64,000 nt of DNA from an uncultured Verrucomicrobiae bacterium (lineage in GTDB: Bacteria; Verrucomicrobiota; Verrucomicrobiia; Limisphaerales; Palsa-1400), in assembly GCA_963764165.1 (NCBI GenBank), contig CAVXRD010000001.1:448001-512000 (forward strand). Reading direction: 5' to 3'. Numbering within the stretch: position 1 is the first letter of the stretch; every line of letters begins with the position of its first letter. Under the pieces are notes generated by a model that had not been told where the DNA came from, did not search any database, and saw nothing but the letters and a program-made list of their open reading frames with translations. The translations under genes and the position numbers were made by a program. Positions 1 through 7,798 of this stretch are shown here, in pieces.

Positions 1-1296
1 CGCCGGGTCATCGCCAAAGAAGTAGGCGGTGGTCGTGCCGGCGCGGCAGGCGTATTCCCATTCGGCTTCCGTAGGGAGGCGATAGAAATGGCCCGTCTTG
101 GCGCTAAGCCATTGGCAATAAATATTCGCCGCGTGCTGCGTCATGCTGATGGCCGGATAACCCTCCTTGCCCATGCCGAAACTCATTTCGACGTAGGGCT
201 TGGTCGGCCGCGTCACGGCGTCCACCGAGGCCGCGGTGTAATTGGTCGTTCCGTCTTTCGGCGGCGTGGACGATGAGGATTTGTCTTCCGGATACATGAA
301 CAATTCGTATTCGTCCCACGTGACTTCGCATTGCTCCATCCAGAACGGTTCGATCTTCACTTTGTGCTGCGGGCCCTCATCATCCTTGCGACCGGCTTCG
401 GTCGCGGGGCTGCCCATGAGATATTCCCCAGCGGGAATCGGCACCATCGCGTAATTCACGGCTGTTCCCGGAATGGTGTTCGTGTAAGGCTTCATGTCCG
501 CCTGGGCCTGTTCTTTTGAAACCGTGAGAATGTTCAGGCGGATGGCCTCGACCAATTCCAAATCCTTCGCCTGCCCGCCGCCCTTGGGTTCGCCTAATTT
601 CACCTCGGCCGGCCAATTCGCGCCCTGCCCCACCCACTTGGCAATCGTCGCCTTCGCGTCGGCGGAAAGCGCGCCGCCCTTGGCAAAAATCGGCACGACA
701 TCGTGCGCAAAGTCCACCTGGCCCGCTGGGGCAGTCGAACTTGCTGCCGCCTTGGCGGACGGATAGCTCAATTCCGACGGCCAGTCGGTGCCCTGCGCAA
801 CCCACAACTTCAAAATATCCTTGCCGACTTCCGGAACGGGCCCGCCATGATCGAGAATCGGCTCGACGTCGCGGCCGAATTCCACCTTCATCACCACCTT
901 GAGCGTCAAGCCATCCGGCCAAGTCGCACCCTCGGCAATCCATTGTTTGAGCGTCTCGGATTGCTCCTTGGTGAGAGGTGTTTTGCCCTTGGGCGCCGGC
1001 GGCATATGGCTGTCATCGGTTATCGGCAGCGCTGTCAACGAATAGACCTGGCTGTCATCCGGATGGCCGGGAGAAATGCGCTGGTCCTTCTTGTGCGGCT
1101 TGAAAGCATCCTCTTTGGTGTCCAACGCGTATTTCCCGTTTTCCTCGGCGTGGGTGGCGTTATGGCAAACCACGCAATTCATCTCGAGAATCGGTTTGAC
1201 GTCCGTGACGAAATCGACAGGTTTGGCCGCGGCATCATTGGCCAAAAACAGGCCAGCCGTTACGGCTCCCAAAGCGCAACATTTAGGGAAAATCAT
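1..1296 (-). CDS. Secreted Planctomycete-type cytochrome c + formylglycine-generating enzyme (FGE/SUMF1)-family domain protein, 3' end runs off the window
   Basis: Not in the ORF track (no stop in window); translated by hand. MIFPKCCALGAVTAGLFLANDAAA signal peptide; VDFVTDVKPILEMNCVVCH...MPP...LKQWIAEGATWP cytochrome c domain; MVPIPAGEYLMGS...DEGPQH...EVTWDEY...YRLPTEAEWEYACRAG FGE-sulfatase motifs. Confidence 0.9.
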   Translation of the reverse strand, partial: MIFPKCCALGAVTAGLFLANDAAAKPVDFVTDVKPILEMNCVVCHNATHAEENGKYALDTKEDAFKPHKKDQRISPGHPDDSQVYSLTALPITDDSHMPPAPKGKTPLTKEQSETLKQWIAEGATWPDGLTLKVVMKVEFGRDVEPILDHGGPVPEVGKDILKLWVAQGTDWPSELSYPSAKAAASSTAPAGQVDFAHDVVPIFAKGGALSADAKATIAKWVGQGANWPAEVKLGEPKGGGQAKDLELVEAIRLNILTVSKEQAQADMKPYTNTIPGTAVNYAMVPIPAGEYLMGSPATEAGRKDDEGPQHKVKIEPFWMEQCEVTWDEYELFMYPEDKSSSSTPPKDGTTNYTAASVDAVTRPTKPYVEMSFGMGKEGYPAISMTQHAANIYCQWLSAKTGHFYRLPTEAEWEYACRAGTTTAYFFGDDPA

Positions 1297-1444
1297 TTCG
1301 TGCGCATGATTGGGAACGCCCCCGAGAAAGTCAATCCCGGCCCAAATATTTGCCGACCACAACCGCGCCTGTTGAAACAAAATTCCCCGCCATTTTCGAA
1401 ACGCCCAATTAACTCTTGATCGCTGCTCAGTTTTCATGATTTTT

Positions 1445-1471
1445 GGTCTAATAGGTCTAATTTGGTCTAAT
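1445..1471. repeat. Three direct copies of GGTCTAAT (starts 1445, 1454, 1464)
   Basis: Read directly: ggtctaat-a-ggtctaat-tt-ggtctaat. Confidence 0.8.
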
Positions 1472-1720
1472 TCACTCGATTTTGGGGCGCATGACGGGAC
1501 CGCCACCCGCCCGATCAGCAATCAGCAAGCTTTTCGCGCGCTGCGACCAGCATCTCCCAGCCACCAGTTCATTCGACTCTGTCCTGACATATATATTCAT
1601 GGCAACACAAGTCTTGCACATCCGCCGCCAACAGGGAACCTGCCAGAGGTTTTTCAGCACGATTTTTGAAGAAATATTGGGAGAAATTGAATCTGGAACC
1701 ACCAAACTTAGGAAAAGAGC

Positions 1721-1747
1721 CACAGATTGACACAGATCAACACAGAG
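1721..1747. repeat. Three CACAGA units at a 10-bp period
   Basis: cacagattga cacagatcaa cacagag. Confidence 0.75.
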
Positions 1748-1868
1748 CTGGCACCACTGTCTCAGCAACATCTGAATTGCCGGATTCTGCCGTTATTACG
1801 GACAGCCACTGATCAGCCGCGACGCCGCTTTTGATCGCGTCAGAGGCTTGCGGCGGTTGCACTTTTGA
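1747..1868 (+). pseudogene. C-terminal relic of a PIN-domain (VapC-like) toxin gene
   Basis: From 1770 reads I*IAGFCRYYGQPLISRDAAFDRVRGLRRLHF*, resembling the VapC tail (NDxWIAAxxxxxxxPLxSRDxHFxxVxGL). The conserved Trp codon is TGA and no N-terminal part is visible. Confidence 0.65.
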
Positions 1869-1925
1869 TGACGGTTATAGGTGAGATCAGCCAACGCGTA
1901 GTAGGAGTTCCTGCGATGCGAGCGA

Positions 1926-2633
1926 TTATTTGGAAACCTTTGCTTTCTTTGGGTGCGGGTCCTCCGCCATATTTTTAACCTGCTGCCAGAGTTCGGACTT
2001 TGCATCATCCTCATGCATTACATAAGACCATCCAGTGCCAGAATCCTTCCATTTAAGTTTCTTCCAGGCTGAAGACCTCGAAACTTTAACCAATGCATTG
2101 CTTGCGGTTTCACTCGTGGGCAGCGCAAACAACTCCGTCCGAAAGTCACCCTTTGAAACGCAATATGCGAGGTAGTCCTCGGCCTTTTCCGCCTGGCCAA
2201 ATAGAGAGTAACCCGAGCTCATCGATAAGGGCACACCATTTACAATGGCAAATGGCATGTCGGGCCAATCCGATTCCTTCATTGAACCGAAAGGGAGCAA
2301 GTCGCTCGCGCCTAGCATTGGAGCGCGGAGGATTCCACCGCCGTTTTTTGGCTTAAAAACCAACCGGCAAACATGACAAATCTTTTGATCCACTTCGCAG
2401 TGCTCCCGGAAGCTGCGCTCCGTCTTCGCGGCCTTTTCCAATGCAGCACACGCTGCAGTCTGGCCGGCGCTAATGAAGGTGTTGGCGGACTGAACGGCTT
2501 GGTCTGGCCGAAAGTTCCAAGGGTTGATATCCGGGAATGCCAGAATCGCCGACTCAAGATTGTTGGTACCCGCATGGCACGAAAATGCCACCACTGCGAC
2601 GAACACTTGAAAGCCAATTCGGTTAATTAGCAT
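1926..2633 (-). CDS. Hypothetical secreted protein
   Basis: ORF 1926..2759; likely start MLINRIGFQVFVAVVAFSCHAG (signal-peptide-like) at 2633, which avoids overlap with the upstream gene. Confidence 0.7.
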   Translation of the reverse strand: MLINRIGFQVFVAVVAFSCHAGTNNLESAILAFPDINPWNFRPDQAVQSANTFISAGQTAACAALEKAAKTERSFREHCEVDQKICHVCRLVFKPKNGGGILRAPMLGASDLLPFGSMKESDWPDMPFAIVNGVPLSMSSGYSLFGQAEKAEDYLAYCVSKGDFRTELFALPTSETASNALVKVSRSSAWKKLKWKDSGTGWSYVMHEDDAKSELWQQVKNMAEDPHPKKAKVSK

Positions 2634-2682
2634 GGCGGCTGTTTGTGGACGGCGAGCGGTTCGTTCATTGAAGCACAAATTC

Positions 2683-3900
2683 TCAAGGCGCATCCTCTCG
2701 CTCGCAGTGCGGCGGCGGAATTTCGCCGGTGATGCAGCCCACTGCGGTCCAGGCGGCATTGGAGACTTGGGTATCCGTGAAACATGCGCGCAATGCAGGA
2801 ATCGAATTGCTCGCCTGCCCGCGAAAGAACCCGATCGATTGCGCGGCCGCCTTGCGCACGCGGACGTCCGGATCGCGGAGCACGCCGGTCAAGGCGGGAA
2901 TCGACAATTGGGGAAGGCTGTGGGCGAGGCCAAGGGCTGCCGCGGCGTCGGTGCGGACGCCAAAATATTTGTCGTTGAGCCCGCGAATGAACAACGGAAT
3001 GGCGACGTCCCGGCGCCCTCGCATTTCCAACAGTGCCGCGCATACAGCCGATCGCACCCAGAAATTCGTGTTGCCAAATGCGGCGGCGATCGTATCTGCA
3101 AAAGGGGTGGCGTATCCGCCAAAGTGCGCCAGTGCGCGGACGCTGGAACTGCTCACAAATGGACTATTATCAGCCACTCCCTGGATGAGGAGCGGGATGC
3201 AAATCTCAGGGTGTTGATGGATGGCCCCAAGCGCTTCCGCAGCGCACGAGCGTCCAGAAGTATCCCTCCCGTGGAATACACTCACCAGCGATGGAATCGC
3301 GGCAGCAGCGTCCCCCGGCGAAATGCGCCCCTCATCGACTGAGTTCGCCAGCGCACCGATGAAAAATCCCGTCTGGGGGAAAGTCATGCCCGGGAGAAGA
3401 TTCGTAAACGCAGGCAAAGCCGCCGGGCCGATGGCCATCAGCGCATAGAAACTTTCTATGCCGCCTTTTTTTGCATCCGCCTCCAATTCCGGCAGGCAAG
3501 GCGCTGCGATGGGGCCGAGCGCTTGCAGCATGCTGGCGCCACGCTGATGCTGGGCATCGAAATTGTGCAGTTTGATATGGAGCAGCGCAACGTGAGCGCC
3601 GAGCCACTCCTTGATCGCTTCCCTTGTCGTCAACCCCGCTCCCAAATCCTCCATCGCAAAAGGCAGCGCTTTGACACCTGTGGCTTGGATTGCTTTCTTC
3701 GAAGCTTCGACCTCTCTCCAACCGTTTGGGTCAGAGAAATTGGTGCTCGCCTTCTGGTAACGCGCCGCCCACTCGTACAATGTTTGATTCCCGTAAACAG
3801 GAAGTTTCGGCGGGGAAACAGATCGAATCGCGGCGAAAACGCAGACTGCCACCAACACAAAGCCCGCCCCAAAAACCACAGTCCTCGATGGCAATCTCAT
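2683..3900 (-). CDS. Membrane-anchored HEAT/PBS-lyase repeat protein (paralog A)
   Basis: N-terminal hydrophobic segment; repeats such as LNDKYFGVRTDAAAALG and LRDPDVRVRKAAAQSIG; start chosen at MRLPSR. Confidence 0.85.
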   Translation of the reverse strand: MRLPSRTVVFGAGFVLVAVCVFAAIRSVSPPKLPVYGNQTLYEWAARYQKASTNFSDPNGWREVEASKKAIQATGVKALPFAMEDLGAGLTTREAIKEWLGAHVALLHIKLHNFDAQHQRGASMLQALGPIAAPCLPELEADAKKGGIESFYALMAIGPAALPAFTNLLPGMTFPQTGFFIGALANSVDEGRISPGDAAAAIPSLVSVFHGRDTSGRSCAAEALGAIHQHPEICIPLLIQGVADNSPFVSSSSVRALAHFGGYATPFADTIAAAFGNTNFWVRSAVCAALLEMRGRRDVAIPLFIRGLNDKYFGVRTDAAAALGLAHSLPQLSIPALTGVLRDPDVRVRKAAAQSIGFFRGQASNSIPALRACFTDTQVSNAAWTAVGCITGEIPPPHCEREDAP

Positions 3901-3953
3901 TGCCCATAATTGACCTGACAAATACTTTTTCGTTCAAATCTTTGCCGCCTTCG

Positions 3954-5168
3954 CTACGGATTGATCTTGCCCTGGATAAAATGGATGGCGGTTTCGGCGG
4001 CATGGGAGACTGCGGCATTGGAAGCTCGGGCATCTCTCAAGCATTCGCGCAGGGCGGGAATCGCATTGCTCGCGCTGCCGCGGAATTGCCCCAAGGATTG
4101 CGCGGACAGGATCCGCACCGTTGCCGACGGGTCGTGAAGCGCGTTCGTTAATGCGGGAACCGCCAAAATCGGGATGCTGTGGGCCTGCCCCAGGCTCATT
4201 GCGGCGAAATTGCGGATGGATTCGTCGGTATCCTGCAATCCACGGACGAGCGCCGGAACAGTGACCTCTCCGTGCGTGCGAAATTTGCCCAGCGCGTCGC
4301 AAGCGGCGAGCCGGACTGAGGAGTCCGGACTGTCCATCGCAGCCGCAATTTTATCCGCACAGATGCTGGCGGATTCACCGAACGCACCCAGCGATCGAAT
4401 GCTTGACGCACGAATCGATTCGGATTTGTCCGCCAATCCCTGGGCCAGAAGCGGGACGCAAATTTCAGGTTGTTGATGAATGGCCGCAAATGCATTCGCC
4501 GCCTGCCAGCGCCCATAAGAATCCGGCGAAACGAAAACCCTCGCCAGATACGGGACGGTGACGCCGGCAGCCTCTGGCGAAATGCGTCCCGCATACACCG
4601 AATTCGCCAATGCGCTGATCAGGTTTCCTGTCTGTGGAAATACGGATGTCGCGATAATATTCGTGAACGCAGGCAACGCTGCCGGGCCGATTGCCATCAG
4701 CGCGTCCTCGGTGTAACCGCTGTAACCGCTGCCTTTCCTCGCATCGGCGACCAATTGAGGCAGGCAAGGATCCGCGATGGGCCCGAGCGCCTGCAGCATG
4801 CAGATCCCCCGCGCGCGCTGAGTCGTGAAATCGTGCGGTTTTATTGTGAGCCACTTGGCGTGGGCGGCGAGCCATTGCCTGCCCTTTTCCACCGTCGTCA
4901 ATCCCGCCTCGGCGTCCGCCATGGCATACGGCAGCGCCTTGGCGCCGATGGATTGGATGGCCTTCTTCGAGGCTTCGACTTCTTTCCACCGATTCTGGTC
5001 AATGTAATTTGTGCTCGCGATCTGAAAGCGCGCTGTCCACTGGTAAAGCGTTTGATTTTCGTAAATGGGAAGGCCGCGCGCGGAAAGCAATTGAACGGCG
5101 CCCCAAACGCAGCCAGCAGCCACGGCAAAAACCACGATGGCGATCAGTTTCCGAAATGGCGCTTTCAC
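3954..5168 (-). CDS. Membrane-anchored HEAT/PBS-lyase repeat protein (paralog B)
   Basis: Collinear with paralog A (NQTLY.W, EVEASKKAIQ, MLQALGPIA.PCLP, ALMAIGPAALPAFTN, FRG.ASN.IPALR). Confidence 0.88.
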   Translation of the reverse strand: MKAPFRKLIAIVVFAVAAGCVWGAVQLLSARGLPIYENQTLYQWTARFQIASTNYIDQNRWKEVEASKKAIQSIGAKALPYAMADAEAGLTTVEKGRQWLAAHAKWLTIKPHDFTTQRARGICMLQALGPIADPCLPQLVADARKGSGYSGYTEDALMAIGPAALPAFTNIIATSVFPQTGNLISALANSVYAGRISPEAAGVTVPYLARVFVSPDSYGRWQAANAFAAIHQQPEICVPLLAQGLADKSESIRASSIRSLGAFGESASICADKIAAAMDSPDSSVRLAACDALGKFRTHGEVTVPALVRGLQDTDESIRNFAAMSLGQAHSIPILAVPALTNALHDPSATVRILSAQSLGQFRGSASNAIPALRECLRDARASNAAVSHAAETAIHFIQGKINP

Positions 5169-5355
5169 GGGAAATTAGAGTTACGGAGTCGGGCGCCCAT
5201 CGCAACCCTGAAAACCCTGTTCATGCTGTCTCAATTTTTGGTTCCTCGACGATTTCGGTGGAATAGCAGTGGCAAATTTGATTCATCTCGGCGAGGAAAC
5301 TCTGCGTTCTCTGCGCCTCTGCGCGCGATGGCGTTTAATGCCACGATGAAACCCA

Positions 5356-5565
5356 ATGGAAAGGGACCATCCCATGCATGCCAAGCAGTGGCGCACTCGT
5401 CTGGTTCTGGCGAAGCTCCAAGCAGGCATCGTTCTTAATTTTGGTCTGGAGCGAATCAAGGACGGGATCACACGCATCGTCAACGGCCTTCCAGAGGGAG
5501 AAGAACTTTCGCGCAGAGAAGATGAGTGCGCAGAGGAATACAAAGACAAGTCCCCACTCCACTGA
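5356..5565 (+). pseudogene. C-terminal fragment of a GxxExxY (PD-(D/E)XK-like) protein gene
   Basis: HPMHAKQWRTRLVLAKLQAGIVLNFGLERIKDGITRIVNGL resembles the GxxExxY C-terminus (HxxQLxTYLxL...GxLxNFG...IxDGIxRxVNGL); preceded by CTCTGCG x3 repeats at 5300-5323. Confidence 0.7.
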
Positions 5566-5794
5566 AAACAATGAGGGACCATTCACATCACCTCCATCGT
5601 CCAAAAACGACTCTGGCCTGTTTTCCTAAGCTCGGGCGTTCCAGAGTCAATTTCTTCCCCCTTCGGTTCTTTGCCCCCTTCCGCGAACAAAAGGGCTTGC
5701 AAATGGGCCGTCTTTTTCCAGAATGCACGCGCGTCGTCGCCGCTGTGACCTTGGAAACCATCACCATCACGCATTTTTTCACCTGCTTTCCCGC

Positions 5795-7702
5795 ATGAAC
5801 CATCGTTTCATCCCACTCATTTCCGTCGCGTTGCCAATTCTGGCCCAGGCTCAATCCGAGAATACCGCTGCCATGCCTGTTCCCTACGATAATGCCATTC
5901 CGGCGGCGCAGGATGTTCCGTGGCCAGGCACGGTCACGATTTCCGTCGACACGACCGATGTGACGCGGGCCATTTTTCAGGTGCATGAATCCATTTCGGG
6001 CACCATGGCCGGGCCGCTAACCCTGCTCTACCCAAAGTGGCATCCCGGGCACCACGCCGATTCGGGCCAGCCCTCGCAATTGGGCGGATTGGTTATTAGC
6101 GCGGGCGGCAAGACCATTCCGTGGCGGCGTGATCCAGTCGATATGTGCGCTTTCCACATTGATGTTCCGGCGGGAGTTTCGAGCATCGAGGCTGATTATC
6201 AATATCTCGCGCCGACCGACATCACCCAGGGCCGAATCGTCACCACGCCGGACATGCTCAACATGGAGTGGATGGTGGTGGTTGTTTATCCGGCGGGATA
6301 TTACGCCCGCCGCATCAATTGCGACGCAACTGTCAAATACCCCGACGGCTGGAAAGGCTGCACCGCGCTGGAAGCCGCCTCGACGGATCAATCCACGGTG
6401 CATTACAAACCTGTACCGTTGGATGTCCTTATGGACAGCCCGATCATGGCCGGCGCGAATGTGCGCGTGGTTGAGCTCTCCCCGAAAGTACGACTGGACA
6501 TCATCGCCGACCAACCGGAGCAGCTTGCGGCCACCGATGAGCAGCTTGAACTGCACAAGAATCTGGTCAAACAGGCGGTCAAATTGTTCGGCGCGGAGCA
6601 TTACAACCATTACGATTTTCTCCTGGCCATGAGCGATCGCCAAAGCGGCATCGGCCTTGAGCATCATCGGAGTTCGGAGGATGGGGTCGACGCCGCTTAC
6701 TTTACCGAATGGAAAGATCATGTGACTTCGCGCAATTTGCTCCCCCACGAATACACGCATAGCTGGGACGGCAAGTATCGCCGCCCGGCGGATTTATGGA
6801 CACCCGACTACCGCGAGCCGATGCGTGACTCGCTGCTGTGGGTTTACGAGGGCCAGACGCAATTCTGGGGTTACGTGCTCGGGGCGCGCTCCGGACTTAA
6901 CACGAAAGAGGAAACGCTCGGCGCTCTGGCCAGCATCGCCGCTCATCTTGACACGGACGCCGGGCGCAAGTGGCGCCCGCTGGAAGACACAACGGATGAT
7001 CCGATCATTTCGCAGCGCCGTCCCAAGGCGTGGCGTTCCTATCAGCGTTCCGAGGATTATTACAACGAAGGCATGCTCATCTGGCTGGATGCCGACAGCT
7101 TGATTCGCGAACTTTCTCACGGCGCGCGCTCCATGGATGATTTCGCCAAGGCATTTTACGGCATGCGCGACGGCGATTACGGCGAATTGACCTACACGTT
7201 CGACGACGTCGTCCACACGCTCAACGAAGTGCAGCCGAATGATTGGGCGGCATTTCTGCACAAACGTCTCGATGAAGTCAGCGACCACGCCCCGCTGGAT
7301 GGCTTCACCCGCGGCGGTTACAAATTGGTTTACACGAACACTCCGACCGATTGGTGGAAAACAGCCGAAAAGCAGCGCAAGATGACGGATCTCACTTTTT
7401 CCGGCGGGTTGATCATGGGCAAAGAGGGAGAAATCACCGGAGTTGCTTGGGGCAGTCCGGCTTTCGATGCGGGCCTGACCGTGAGCACGAAAATCATAGC
7501 GGTGAATGGTCATTCGTATGACAACGATAAATTGAAAGCCGCTATCAAGGCGAAGAAACCGTCAATCAGCCTTATCGTCAAAACCGGCGATGTTTTCCGA
7601 ACTGTTGAACTCAAATATGACGGAGGATTGCGCTATCCGATGTTTGAGAAAATTGGCAGCAGCCCGGCCACGCTGGACATGTTGTTAAGCCCGAAAATGT
7701 AA
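5795..7702 (+). CDS. M61 family glycyl aminopeptidase with C-terminal PDZ domain
   Basis: Signal peptide MNHRFIPLISVALPILAQA; GLEHHRSSE; HEYTH zinc motif; LLWVYEGQTQFWG; PDZ-like GSPAFDAGL...IIAVNG. Confidence 0.93.
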   Translation: MNHRFIPLISVALPILAQAQSENTAAMPVPYDNAIPAAQDVPWPGTVTISVDTTDVTRAIFQVHESISGTMAGPLTLLYPKWHPGHHADSGQPSQLGGLVISAGGKTIPWRRDPVDMCAFHIDVPAGVSSIEADYQYLAPTDITQGRIVTTPDMLNMEWMVVVVYPAGYYARRINCDATVKYPDGWKGCTALEAASTDQSTVHYKPVPLDVLMDSPIMAGANVRVVELSPKVRLDIIADQPEQLAATDEQLELHKNLVKQAVKLFGAEHYNHYDFLLAMSDRQSGIGLEHHRSSEDGVDAAYFTEWKDHVTSRNLLPHEYTHSWDGKYRRPADLWTPDYREPMRDSLLWVYEGQTQFWGYVLGARSGLNTKEETLGALASIAAHLDTDAGRKWRPLEDTTDDPIISQRRPKAWRSYQRSEDYYNEGMLIWLDADSLIRELSHGARSMDDFAKAFYGMRDGDYGELTYTFDDVVHTLNEVQPNDWAAFLHKRLDEVSDHAPLDGFTRGGYKLVYTNTPTDWWKTAEKQRKMTDLTFSGGLIMGKEGEITGVAWGSPAFDAGLTVSTKIIAVNGHSYDNDKLKAAIKAKKPSISLIVKTGDVFRTVELKYDGGLRYPMFEKIGSSPATLDMLLSPKM

Positions 7703-7710
7703 GCCTTTAC

Positions 7711-7790
7711 GGTAGGGCGAGACTCTGCCGATCCCTCATTAAACCCCGTTTCCAAAATCGAATCAGGTCTCGACGGAGTCTTGCCCTGCC
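7711..7790. repeat. REP/REPIN-like inverted repeat (GGYAGGGCG family) between convergent genes
   Basis: GGTAGGGCGAGACTCTGCCGA ... TCGACGGAGTCTTGCCCTGCC. Confidence 0.85.
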
Positions 7791-7798
7791 GAGGGGGA

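Noticed and set aside
703..1419. 238-aa plus-strand ORF and other ORF-track calls in 88-1419
   Set aside because: Antisense shadows of the cytochrome-FGE gene, which has clear family motifs on the minus strand
1870..2700. Possible integron attC sites around the orphan gene 1926..2633
   Set aside because: No convincing RYYYAAC...GTTRRRY paired structure and no integrase in the window
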